A stretch of 32,573 nt of DNA, taken from NCBI GenBank assembly GCA_024704765.1, contig JAKMXF010000244.1:1-32573 (forward strand). The letters are read 5' to 3'. The translations under genes and the position numbers were made by a program. The stretch comes from Oopsacas minuta (Eukaryota > Animalia > Porifera). The notes beneath the pieces were generated by a model. The model made no database searches. It was not told where the DNA came from and saw nothing but the letters and a program-made list of their open reading frames with translations. Positions 1 through 11,900 of the stretch are shown one piece after another (the stretch's first letter is position 1; every line of letters begins with the position of its first letter).

Positions 1-186
1 TTACATGTTATCAAACAAATTCACTACTTTCTAGAATCCAACTCTAAATTGACTTGTTTATTCAGTTACGTATACGTATGGTAAGTCTAAAGTTGAATTC
101 CATTTTGTACATTTAGTGGTAATTACGTAATGAAAGTGTATGGAAATCGAAAAAGTCAAATGACAGAGAAGTAAGATTACTTTAGA

Positions 187-354
187 GTCAAAATCGTACG
201 ACAATAATACATTATATGCGGGTCAAAATCCTACGATAATAATACATTATATGCGTGTCAAAATCCTACGCATATATTACATCGTAGGATTTTGACCCGC
301 ACTATGATATGCTTTCAGGATTTTGTATTGGGGGTCAAAATCCTACGCAACAGG
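187..354. repeat. Cluster of GTCAAAATCCTACG motifs (35-bp tandem period plus one inverted copy), probable subterminal region of a DNA transposon end
   Basis: Motif starts at 187, 222, 257 (period 35) and 334. Inverted copy CGTAGGATTTTGAC at 283-296. The cluster ends ...CCTACGCAACAGG at 354. Confidence 0.7.
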
Positions 355-879
355 ACTAGTCTTTGAGTACATAAATCAGCCTAAATTACATTGGGGCGTT
401 TTCTAGTAAAAGATTCTTATATCTGCTACTAGTTCCAAGTAGTAGAGTAGATTCAGTAAATCAAGTTAGGTTCGTATGACCGGAATTATATAATAACAGG
501 TGTGAATATCGTATAAGTTACACTTCAAAATGTGAATAACAAAATCCCAAGAAATAATATATAATCTGCTATATAGCTAAATAGTTTTCATTATCAAAAT
601 ATATAATATATATACAAGGAAGTAGAGGATAATGATCATTATTGCTCAAGGATTGTGAGTAATGCATATCAGAAATTTGAAATTTGGAAAATTTTGATTA
701 TTTTGTACAGTCATGATGATATAATAATCCCAAGATGAGTTAGCTTAGTCAGAACCATAGTGTTAGGACATTTGTCACATTATCTGTGATTCAATTTTCA
801 AACTTCTATCAGGTATGTTGGCTGAGCAGCGGTTAATAATGTGATTTTTCGAAAATCCCAGAAGATGACAAGGACGTTA

Positions 880-1040
880 TAATTTCGTCATGGGTATGAA
901 TTTTCATCCAGGACCTGAACCTCTCCGAGCCAGGCCCAAAATACCGTTGTATCCAAAATCAGCCCTAGGGGTCCTGGAGTTTCTTCAATCAATTCTGGAC
1001 GTACAAACATATGTACATACATAAATAAATATATATAGAT
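880..1040 (+). mobile_element. Possible 3' end of a non-autonomous Helitron/HINE-like element
   Basis: Short palindrome CCCTAGGG, then a TACA/CATA microsatellite-like run, ending ATATATAGAT. This resembles DINE-1/Lep1-type 3' ends; pattern resemblance only. Confidence 0.3.
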
Positions 1041-2053
1041 TAATTGCGTTTAAATAGTATAGATATAACCACTAATTATACTTTACATAGGCTATTGTGG
1101 TATGGCGAATACTGCTGAATCATTTTGTTGTTTATCTGTTTAGACGCCATTTACTGATTACTTGAGAAGTACATTAAATATAGAATTTGAGCTATAAATT
1201 CACATCATCAAAATGGAAAAATAGAACACTTGTTGAATATAATATATAATAAGAATAAGTAGGATGAGCAAGGAATTTGAGTGAATTTCTTGTGTAGAAA
1301 AATACGAATTACAAACTTGGAAATTACATTAATAAACATGTAGTTGATTTAGAATAATTTGATTTTCAGAAAATCAATAATTTTGAGCGAAAACCTTTCA
1401 AAATTATTTGATTTTCTATCCTTTTATCAACGTACATTCAAATGTATGAATAGCAAGTTGTTTTATTGTTTGAAAAAATTCTGTTTTTAGTAATTGTTTC
1501 CGACGACATCATTAATTCTGCCTAAACTGGTTAACCACAAAAATGGTTCCGTTGAATTCACCAAACCACACTACCGTATTGAAAATATAATTTGTGGTTA
1601 TTTAAAGTATAATTTCCCCAAGAAAGGGAATTACAAACTGGCCTCTTCGTTTCATCTCTTCGCGGTGACCAACATAGCCCTATATTAAGTAGGCCATAGC
1701 CAAGAGTTTGGGAAAATAGAAGCGTTGGCGATACTATATGTTGTATATAGGTTGTTTGGAAATATTTACAATATGCATGGGTGCCAGGTTTTCTTTCGAA
1801 AACATTTCCTTTGGAAGGTGCCTCGCAGAGAGATACTTGGTTTCGGGGATCAACAACAGGGGAGAATATATTTTGTCGTTTATAAACTACGAATAATCGA
1901 ATATTATTTCGTTTAGTAACAAGGTATTCACATTTTCAACATACTTAATCGTAATAAACATACTCTTTGAGAACTAACGAAAATTCAAACATTAAATTTA
2001 GCCATTCCATAGCCTACTAAACACAAGGCCTACCTGTAACTCGAAATTTTGGC

Positions 2054-3034
2054 ACCAGGGATGCCGCATTAGCTGAAAGCATTTATAGACATAGTTTCTT
2101 TAATGCAGAAAAATGCATTTTTGGCTGAATTAATGTATTACATTTTTGTAGGACATCAAATTTTACATAAATAAATGGTAAAGAATTTTAGGAATGTGTC
2201 AAAATATGCCTCTGGTAACCATTTATTCAGTAAAATATATCATTCTTTGATGCCTTGTAGAAGGTTAAATATTGCATTTATCAACTCAAGGTGAATAAAT
2301 GAAATGGCCTATAGATCCTTTCATACAAAATGTCAAAATTTGTCATTCAAAAGTTGGCTCGTTGTTGAGTTAAGGTAGAGACCATGGATAGCAATTTTTA
2401 ATGAATATTCAATTATAACTCGAGAATCATTAAAATTATCGTAAAATCAGAACAATCAATGTATACTATTTACCTGACTTCCCATAGCCTTGCAATACCT
2501 TTTGATGTGATATCTCTCACTAATGTGACGATGCCCATATGTAGTTATTATCAAGATTACATAATACTTTTCAATTATTTCATATTAAAAAGTATTACAA
2601 GGTATGGGAAGTCGGGTATAAAAGTATAAATTGGGTAGTATGATTTTACCATAACTTTACCGATTTTTTAGTTATAATGAATATTCATAAAAAATTGTCA
2701 TCCATGGTCTCTACATTAACTCAACAACGAGCCAGCTTTGAGTGACAAATTTTGACATTTTGTATAAAAGGATCTATAGATAATTTCATTTATTCACTTT
2801 GAGTTGATAAATACAAAATTCAACGTCCTACGTGGCATCGAAGAATGGCATATTTTACTAAATAAATGCTTACTAGACACAAATTTTGACGCATTCTTGA
2901 AATTTTCAGCATTTATTGGTGTAAAATTTGATGTTCTACAATTCTGCAAAACATTTATTCAGGCAAAAATGCACTTTTTCTACAATAAAGAAACCATGTA
3001 TATAAATGCTTTCAGCTGATACTTCATCCCTGGT
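2054..3034. mobile_element. ~980-bp degenerate foldback element (arms ~450 bp, loop ~85 bp)
   Basis: ACCAGGGATG...AGCTGAAAGCATTTATA at 2054 mirrors TATAAATGCTTTCAGCTG...CATCCCTGGT at 3034. Inner arms also pair: GGCTCGTTGTTGAGTTAA with TTAACTCAACAACGAGCC, and TACCTGACTTCCCATA with TATGGGAAGTCGGGTA. Arms end at ~2503 and ~2587. Confidence 0.85.
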
Positions 3035-3507
3035 ACTTTTACTGCTAGGCCTTATATTTAGTAAGCTATGGCCCTACAAATTTAACCCAATAATACATGA
3101 TACCTACATAAGTGAAACTTAGAAGTCTTGATTGGTGGGGAAGGATGCCCACATAATTTCAACATTAAGATTAAATGTATCTGAGAGATCACTAAAATTC
3201 CAAGGTGGACCCAGGTACATTCTGCGAATTAGCTTCAATCTACCTCCTTGAGGAGAAAGGCAGAGCCCAATATAGCGCTGCACTTGCTAAATGCCCTGGT
3301 CGCCTCCCTATCGACAGTCATACTCCTACCAATTAACACATTATGTTGTGGATATAAAGTCAGTATGCTATATTTCGTCCATAATTTCCTTAAATGGAGA
3401 ATTTTGCATACGCAGTCTTACAAAATTTATGAGAAATATATTAAGATAAACATATCACTAAGCAAAAAGTATGAATACAATCGATAAGTCTATTAGCTAC
3501 ACTATAT

Positions 3508-5001
3508 TCAATGGTCTAATACTCTCAAATTTCCAGAAATGACTTTATTCTCCAATGTGCTTCCCATCGGAATATCAATGCGTTCTCCAGGATTAGCGAT
3601 GATAATAACCGTACCCTTAAGCGTTACATTTTTACCAAACCTTATATCACCTGAAACAGTCAAATGGTCAAGTTCCAGCATTTGGGGAATATCTTCAAAT
3701 CGCTCTAAAAACTCTTTAAGCCTACCAAAATGATTGTAACCAAGTTTTACCAAAGGAACTGATGGAAAACTTCTCAATGGGTTCATATAAATAACACCCG
3801 TACTTGATTCCAGGCAATATAAATCTGAGAGTAAACTCAATAGATCAGAAGTAGTTTTAACGGGCAGAAATCGGGATCTTGGTACATTCAATCCAACAGC
3901 ACCATCAAAGCACTTTATAGCTGCGCCAATAGCATTCTCAAGTTGGATTACCTTTAATCCATTTTCTAAAGTTTTCATATTTACAATTGGTTCCATATGT
4001 AGAGAACCATTGCTAATAAGCCTTTTAATAGCTGACATCCGGACCCATAGATTATTCGTGTTGAATATTTTAAACTTGTGTACAGAAACAAACTCATCGA
4101 CATACTGTTTTGGCACTTGTGCAATTTCCAGAAGGGTCTTAACACCATTATCATAAACAAGTGTACCGCCTTTGACATCAGAACGAGTCTTATCTGTCAC
4201 CTCCATTAAAAATTCGCAAGGTTTGGATCCAAGAGAAGTATTCGATTGGTTGTGCATATAATTCAGAATCTTCAGATCCACGGTCGCCCCAAGGTTGTCG
4301 ATATTCGAAATAAATAGATATTCCTTACCCATTTTAAGAAATTCATCGCATAATCCAGAATTAATATAAGATTGATAAAAATCTCCATGACCTGGAGGAT
4401 ACCATGAAGAAATATCATGATCAGTAATATCCGAAACTAAAGGCAAAAGAGTCTCTTTCTCTAATCTTGGGTACTTACTTTGACAAAAAGTATAAAATAA
4501 TATTCGTGACTTATATCTTTCTTCTATACGCTTGGTTTCTTGATCTGTGTTGAATGAATTCATCAAAACAAGAGGAATATTCGAACCATAGGTAGAATTG
4601 ATATACTGAATCTGCTTTACCACAATATCTAAAAATGTCATATCATTTCGCACGGTAATTAAACTTTTTGGGCCTTCACAACCCATACTAGTTCCCAGAC
4701 CACCGTTGAGTTTCACAACAACGAGCTTGTCCAACAATGGTATAAAAGACTCGCTTTGAACGATAGAAAGAGAGGTATATAATGGTAATTCATCAGAGGG
4801 AATTGGTTTTATTTGGACCCAGTCCCTGGTGAGAGATTGGCTTCTATTCTCCAAATACTGTGTGAACAACTTGAGAAAATGTTTGAAATTTACATTCAGA
4901 GATGGACGTTCTCCTAGAGGTGCCAATTCTTCCAATCTTTGACAATACTGCGTCAATCTCTTTATCGAATCAGATGTGTCATGAGAATCCCCGCGCAGCA
5001 T
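3508..5001 (-). CDS. UGP2: UTP--glucose-1-phosphate uridylyltransferase (UDP-glucose pyrophosphorylase), 497 aa, uninterrupted ORF
   Basis: Family motifs KLNGGLGTSMGCEGPKS, WYPPGHGD, FISNIDNLGA, MEVTDKTRSDVKGGTL, LLEIAQVP, FNTNNLW, VPRSRFLPVKTTSDLL, and the C-terminus LENKVISGNLRVLDH typical of animal UGP2. Confidence 0.97.
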   Translation of the reverse strand: MLRGDSHDTSDSIKRLTQYCQRLEELAPLGERPSLNVNFKHFLKLFTQYLENRSQSLTRDWVQIKPIPSDELPLYTSLSIVQSESFIPLLDKLVVVKLNGGLGTSMGCEGPKSLITVRNDMTFLDIVVKQIQYINSTYGSNIPLVLMNSFNTDQETKRIEERYKSRILFYTFCQSKYPRLEKETLLPLVSDITDHDISSWYPPGHGDFYQSYINSGLCDEFLKMGKEYLFISNIDNLGATVDLKILNYMHNQSNTSLGSKPCEFLMEVTDKTRSDVKGGTLVYDNGVKTLLEIAQVPKQYVDEFVSVHKFKIFNTNNLWVRMSAIKRLISNGSLHMEPIVNMKTLENGLKVIQLENAIGAAIKCFDGAVGLNVPRSRFLPVKTTSDLLSLLSDLYCLESSTGVIYMNPLRSFPSVPLVKLGYNHFGRLKEFLERFEDIPQMLELDHLTVSGDIRFGKNVTLKGTVIIIANPGERIDIPMGSTLENKVISGNLRVLDH

Positions 5002-5013
5002 GGAGCCAAGATA

Positions 5014-5038
5014 CTAAGAAAATAGGGAAAAGTGGAGA
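5014..5038 (-). promoter_or_regulatory. Candidate splice acceptor (polypyrimidine tract + AG) 12 nt upstream of the UGP ATG
   Basis: Minus strand reads TCTCCACTTTTCCCTATTTTCTTAG|TATCTTGGCTCCATG. The four codons before the ATG are open in frame. Confidence 0.4.
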
Positions 5039-5819
5039 ATATTATTAACCGTTTTAGGGTGTGACATTGAATTTTAACACAATTTATTGAAGGCATTCAA
5101 GGGAAATATTAAGCCTATGAATATAGGGGTATCTGGGAGTGGGAAAATAATCAAAAAAAGTTGGAGATGTGCCGAATCATATTTGTTAACGTAGGGTTAT
5201 TAGATACATGCACCATAGAGAAATAATATTTAGAAAAAATAATAAATGATCGAGTGAAAAGTTAAAAATCATATGCAAATTATATCTGTAAATTGGATGC
5301 GGTAAATTAAGTTTTTTGCGAAACTATTACTACCTAATTTATGATAGAGCAAATAGAGAATGGAAATAGAACCCAGAGCATTATTTGTGTATGTGGTTTC
5401 CATGAGTTCTGATTTCAATTAGTTTGCATCCCCATGATATACGCATTACGAGGATCGATTAATTAGAATATCTTAGATTTTTGAGGTACAATGTGTATGA
5501 AGCGAAGTAGATAGACTTTCGAATTCGTAAATTAATAAATATCTTTGTTTTTGTTAGGTGGGGGAAATCAAAAGCAAAGTTGGTCTACATCGTTAGGAGG
5601 GAATAGTGTATTTAATAGAATTCTTTAATTAATTCCAAGGTAACGAGATATAATGAATATTGTGAAAATGAAGAATATCACTTCGTAAATATTCAATTAT
5701 GTTAAATCTCCAAACTACCAAGAAATTTATTTACAGCCCAGTAAGTAATAAACTAACAAGTGATAAACCAGGTTTCTTCATGGATTCTCTTAAGATCGTA
5801 ATATTGAAATAGCTTGAAC

Positions 5820-6830
5820 TAAAAGCCGTGCTGATGTCAGATGGTATTAATATCCTAACTATGTCAAGGTTGCCACTTACCAATCACGAATTCATTCAAC
5901 TGAAGATATACTTTTGTACCAAAGAATATACAATTGGTATTGCGGTTCCCTACACGAAACTACTGAAGTATACAGCCGACAGAATATAATCCGATATTCC
6001 ATACACCCCAAGTGACCAGCCAAATACAAGTTTGATTTTGTAGCGATAGCTTGTATTACCAAATTTTACAAATTTGAATTATTCCTGAATATTCTTTTAA
6101 TTTACCACTCAATGTTACGTTAGGGTCATACTTTTAATAGAAACCATTATCATTACCTGTCTCTATTTTGCAATAAACCGTAAAACGGTATGAAGACCAG
6201 CATATGGAAAGTGATCGGTTGGGGTCTAGGGTATTCCCAGTTCAGAAGATTGCCCCAACATCAAGATTCGTCTACCGATTGGGATTGATGGATTTGGCTG
6301 TCACAGGCGAATCATTCTGAGCTATCAAAAATATTACATTTTAGTTGGTTTCAAAGTGCTCGCTCAAGAAGAATTGAATTGGAAGAACTTAACGGACAAT
6401 TCCCACTACTCGATCAGACCAGTAGCAATTCTGGCACTACAGGAAAATGAGCAGAGTATCAAATCTCTAATGGATACCTTAATTAATAAATTAATAATCA
6501 ACAAATATAGTAGCGAATGGTATATAGTTGACTAATGGGTTTGCCAAGGTCGAGATACTCGGTTCATATTTAGATGGAAAATGGTTAAAATTCTTAGCAG
6601 AGCTGGAGAATCCTGTTGCCACTTTTGCGCAGCTATATTCAAATTAATCTATGATCTGGAGATGGCTATCCAATAAATTGGTCAACGAAAAGGAATTTTT
6701 CTATTTTCTTCTAACCAGAGATTCAATATCACACACAAACCAATATCTGAATTGGACGTCGTACCCAGCTCCCGTTTACTTGTTTCCCTCCGAAATTCAG
6801 CATCATAGGAATTTCGATGGTACATCGGGG
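5820..6830 (+). pseudogene. RAG1-core/Transib-like DDE transposase remnant, N-terminal and central part (stops, frameshifts, ~200-nt interruption)
   Basis: Manual translation gives GIAVPYTKLLKYTADRI (~5935-5986); KIRLPIGIDGFGCH (first D at 6287-6289); WKNLTDNSHYSIRPVAILALQENEQSIKSLM; ILGSYLDGK/MVKILSRAGESCCHFC (second D at 6573-6575, then CxxC after a frameshift); SNQRFNITHKPISELDVVPSSRL. Motif order and character match the Transib/RAG1 core. Confidence 0.75.
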
Positions 6831-6911
6831 TATAAAAATAATACCATAAATGTTATTAATTCGGTATACTTCGATATACAAAATCGGAATACCTAGGTAT
6901 AATTATTAAGT

Positions 6912-7218
6912 CATACTTCACTAAGTATAATCATTATTCTTTAGAGGTATAGGTATTAGACTTAGACAAGTATAGGTGTTATTTTTGTACTCCTTAATGT
7001 ATAATTGTAAAAAGTATTCACGATCAGAATTATCGTGAGGTATCAAAATCACTTCAAGATAAATCTGCGGCTTGTGAATTATTTCTTACAATTATACCTA
7101 ACCTCAAAAGCACAAAAATAACACCTATATTTGACTAACTATAACTATTATCCAGGTAAACATAATTATTTCTTAAACATACCACTGAAAGTATAATGAT
7201 TATACCTAGTGAAGTATG
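6912..7218. repeat. ~307-bp degenerate palindromic MITE/foldback
   Basis: CATACTTCACTAAGTATAATCATTA pairs with TAATGATTATACCTAGTGAAGTATG. Inner pair TATAGGTGTTATTTTTGT with ACAAAAATAACACCTATA. Confidence 0.75.
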
Positions 7219-7689
7219 TTAACGAAGTCTTGATTTGACACCATGAATTATTACAGATGAAATCACACATTCTCCAGATTTACTAAAATGTAGTTTATTG
7301 GTATTTTCCATGAACAGTTAAATTTGAATAGGAATGATGTGAATAAAAAGGCGATATAAATAAAAAAGGTGATAGTAAAGGATGAATAACAGGTGTCACA
7401 AATCGTAAAAATCAGAGTTCAAATTCATTAGGCAAGCTGTAACACCATGCTCAACTGCTAGGTAAAAAAAGCTATGACTATAACTTAGGATATATAGGTA
7501 AATAATTCGAGTAAATAATTAATGAAAGAAAAGATGTCAAAAGAGCGTACGATCCGCTAGTTCAGATCCCTCGTTCGAAATTCCGTCCGAAATTTGAGTT
7601 TGCACCTTGCAGTGTGGAATGAGTTTGTATAGTCTTGATGGAAATCTTGGTAGAGGACTCCCTTCTGTGTGCCACAGTTTTAGTCAACG

Positions 7690-8990
7690 CAATTCATGTC
7701 TCAACGACCGCACACCCATTGCAAATTCTTCTGTTATAACAGTACCTTCGACAGCTGATTCATCCAAAAATCGTGAATGTACTATCATCTGATTCGTTCT
7801 CAAATTGATAGGGATCCTTTTAGAGAAATAACAGCGTTCTCTTTTTTCTCTGTATATCATAAAATGTATCTTGATAAGTAGATGACTAACTATAGTTGAT
7901 AATTTAAGACTACTTTTGTGTGGTGGTATTAATTGTTTCCCCATACGAAAAGCCCTCTCAAGACTAGCAGTAGTTGCCCACATCCCAACTCCATCATCGA
8001 TTTGCTAAATAACTTCCATTGGTGTACTGTTTTGTTCGGTATGCCAATTAAAGGGTTTGTGATATACGAACACCAGTACATTATAGGATCAGCATTGACC
8101 AGTTCTGCACTCCCAAATCCCACCGTCCAGGATTGACCTTGAAGGCGAATAAAATATAACGCCAATTTGAATATTTCAGTGACATCTGCAGAAGATATTT
8201 TCATGCCCTCTCGTTGTCTCCTTGCAAGCAGCATCTTGAGACCATCTTCAGCAATTGTTCTACATTCCTGATTAGAAGAAAGTAGATATCCTCATAACTG
8301 AGATAACAGAAATATGCAGTCACATTAGACATAAACCGGCCTTTTCTGAATTTGTGTCTTCTCTTAGCAAGTTATTTAACCTTGACTCGCATTTACTTTT
8401 GAGAAATTGATCAAATTCTGTAATAGAAGATTGGCGAATAGAGAGTGAAATCGCAACAATAATGTCAATATTCTCCCCGAACTTAATAAAATCGATTTGT
8501 AAGATGTCAAAAGCAATACACACCGGACGAATTACCTCTAATAAGTTACTGACCCCACGCCAAAATTCTGTATCATGGTTCAATTTCTCCCTGAAATTGC
8601 TTTGGCTCATTGTAGCAGTTGAATCCCATAATATTCGTGGTCTCGGCTCATCAGGAGCAAAAATATAGTCATACAGAGTATTAAATATCGCTGATTCATC
8701 ATCGTGGCATAAACTTGGCTCAGAATAAGGGAATAGAAGTGACGCAAAAGTAATACTTCTGCGTGAAGAGCCAAGCCAGGTATCTACTGCAATCTGTGCA
8801 AGTTCCCAAGTTTTAACTGATGTCTCAATCTCTGATTTCACTGTCTGATATAACCAGGGCAAAATCGCATTTCTAAGTCTATGTACAGTTGGTATGGGAC
8901 AATAGTGCGAAATAGTATGAATACATTATTGAAAGAATACGAATTCATACCTTTCCAAGGTTTGATGTATTGTTCCTCTATTGTGGCAGT
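7690..8990 (-). mobile_element. hAT-superfamily transposase remnant (internally deleted, frameshifted)
   Basis: YCPIPTVHRLRNAILPWLYQTVK...AQIAVDTW (first-D region), RILWDSTATM (second-D region), FWRGVSNLLEVIRPVCIAFDILQ, DPIMYW, and WATTASLERAFRMGKQLIPPHKSSLKLSTIVSHLLIK (hAT C-terminal dimerisation motif). ORFs 8320-8862, 7929-8234, 7684-7983. Confidence 0.75.
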
Positions 8991-8999
8991 CATTTCTTT

Positions 9000-11900
9000 T
9001 AGACTTGCAACGCTTATCGTTCTCGTAGGCGATCCTATTCAACTTAACCCTTAGCTTCCATCAATCTCTCGGCCTACTGGGACTGGTCAGGTATTTCTGA
9101 CCCTCCCTTGCTTCCAATGGTAGCATCTATGGGCAACCTTGACTCTAAACCCATAATTAGTAGCTGAGCTGAAAAATTTATTGATGCGTTTTCGCCATTA
9201 TTACGGTAAAATGCTACTTCTGGTAGCAAATCAGTCCATGACTCCTTAGGTATCCTACTGTATAAGGTTTAACACCTAGCTACCTGTTTGACAAAACCAA
9301 TGGATCTTTCTATGAGCCTCTCCGCCTGTGGGTGATAGGGGCGGAGCGGAGCTTCTCAATTCCTAATATCTTGCACATATTTCTGACTTCTGTTCGTTCG
9401 ATATTATGTGCCTGATCCGAAACAAATACTTGGGTACGCCTTGTCTGCGGGCAATCAACCTCGTTTAAACTCCCTGAGCAGTGAAGCCGCCGTCTGATCT
9501 TGTAGAGGCGGAAGTTCAATATACCTCGAAGAAACATCGATAATGCACAGGAAATAACGAATTTTGTTATCGGGCCAAGGTAATGTTGCGATATCCCTCG
9601 CCACCAGTTCCCACGGTCTTATTTGATCTCTCCTGAACTCCTGTAAGGAGACTCTACTCTGGTTTGAAGGCTTAGCTTTATTACACACCAGGCAACCCTG
9701 ACAAAAGGTGCACGCGTCCTTCGCCATTCCCAACCAAAAATTGCTACGCCTTAATCTCTGTAGTATTCTACTTTGACAAAATGGCCCGTGAAATGAACCT
9801 CTTCAGCACTCTATCCCTCACTCCCCTTGGGACCACGATGCGACCCTGGATGTAGGGTATCCCATTCTGTACCCTTAGTTGTTCTGATAGTCCACGGAAT
9901 TAGGCGAAGAGAGCTCTCAGGTATGTATAAGTGCTTAGGGTGTCACTGATCTCCGGGTCTCGTCTCTGTTCAAGTGTCAGGTTCTGCTCTGAAAGGACCT
10001 CTGCTAAGAAAAGTTGTCTTCGAAATACTAGCGTTGCATCTCTCTATCGTACCCAAGGTCGGGAACCCTGCTCAAATAATATGGTAAGCGTATCTCTCTC
10101 CTTGGGCAGTGTTTTATGTGATAACTGATAAGTATACTCCTCCAGTTCCAAGTTTCATTATCCATCGAGCGAAACTTTTCAGTGGGTCCTTCTGATTGAA
10201 CACCTCTTTCAGCAGACAGTGGTCAGTAATTTACTCTGCCTCTCCAATTATCCTCAATTAGGTGCCCTACTTCCGGCAAATCGCGACCAATGCCCAGGCT
10301 TTAATTGGCCTGTACAATAATTTTCTTGGGTCTTCTTCAAGACCACGAATAGAAATTGATTGGATGCAGCTGACCAGTGACTTCATCCCTTTTCGATAAC
10401 ACTGCATTAACCGCTTTCGAGCTGGCACCGCTTCAACGCCAAAAATTTTCTTCCAATACGGAAAGGACAACGTTAATGGTTCCCGACTAAGTTTGTGTCG
10501 CAATACATCGAATGCTTTGTCGTATAGATAGGAACACGCATATGCAGTTCTCTTCCTTGCCAACTCATACAGGTGGGGCAGCCAAATGGTCCAGGTTCAG
10601 GTTGTTTAATCTAAGACTCTCCAAAAATCGCTGAAATTCGGTCACTGTTTTGGGCTTGGGATACTTTGATAACTTAAATGCATCGACACTAAGGGTTTCC
10701 TTCCTTCCTTCGATTATTAATGTCCCCAGAACTTCACTTCTCGACTTCAGAATGACATTTTCTTATCTCTATGTGTAGGTTCGTCGCACGAAATCGCTCC
10801 AACACGGCTGGTAGGTCCCCAGATGTTGTTGGAACTATGAGTGTATAATACAGTCATCAATGTACAATTCTGCTTATTTAAGGCTCCAGGGCAGTTTCCA
10901 TTAGGCGCTGGAAAGTGGCTTGGCCGTTGACTAAGCCAAATTGCATCACTGTCATCTCTAATAAGCCTTTTGGCGTATTATTTTCTTAATATCTTCGTCT
11001 CTGACTGGTACAACCCAACAGGCAGACAGATATTTCGATTACTGAGAAGCAGCTCCACTGCTACGGGTTACGGAACGATCTAGATTTGGTTGGTACGGCG
11101 CTTCCCGTATGTATTGCATGTTCGCACACTGGTCTATCATTGAACACGTCATCGAACCCAGCCAGTAATGTTTATAATTCCAATCAAATGTCACTCGTCT
11201 AAATAGTTCGAGAAATTCTCGCCCCAGTAGCAGTGATTGGCCCTCTTGTTATAACGTGCACTTTTGTTCAACACGTTTCTTCTCCCGAAAATTCAATGGG
11301 CAGCTCGACAGTTCCCGCTGCTGAAATAGCGTACCTGCTACTCCGTATATAAGTTAGCCGCCGGCTTTAGGTATTTTCTTATCCCTAGATCATCCATTGT
11401 CTATGTATCCATCACATTTACCTAGCTCCCGTGTCTAAGAATGCATAAATTTGTCTGCCTCGAATCCTTCACAGATCTATCATCGTAAACTCCAATCTTC
11501 TTCATATAATCGCGCCTTGCAACTTGGACTCCGCCTCTACAATTAGGGTTATAGTACGCATTTTAAAATGGCATTTACCACAAACCAGGTCTGGACACCT
11601 TCTGTAACCATGTCTCTTTCTCACGCACGAAAACAGGATATTTGGTTGTATATTCGATTAGTATCTCCCCACCTGGCACCCTCACTCCCTTTGCGGCCTG
11701 TATGTCGGAACTCGTAGACTTCAGGATGTGAATGTTCGGAATCGGAACGGCTTAGCCAAGGCTCAATCGGTGAGCCAGACGCAATCATCTTGCAGTGGTC
11801 TGTAACTCTTTCGTTCTTTCTCGTTTCCAACATCCAATGGGGTATGTCACTGTGACAGACTCTGTTGAACTACAGCTATAAATTCCCGCTTTTGTGCGTT

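Noticed and set aside
187-354. CRISPR-like appearance of the repeats
   Set aside because: Spacers are near-identical, one copy is inverted, there are no cas genes, and the context is eukaryotic.
1494-1916. Short ORFs 1494-1688 and 1725-1916
   Set aside because: No recognisable domain; lengths are compatible with chance in AT-rich DNA.
3120-3345. Protein-like + strand frames (SLDWWG..., KVDPGTFCELASIYLLEEKGRAQY...) as a terminal exon or hAT fragment
   Set aside because: Short and stop-interrupted, motif spacing does not fit hAT, and no family was recognised.
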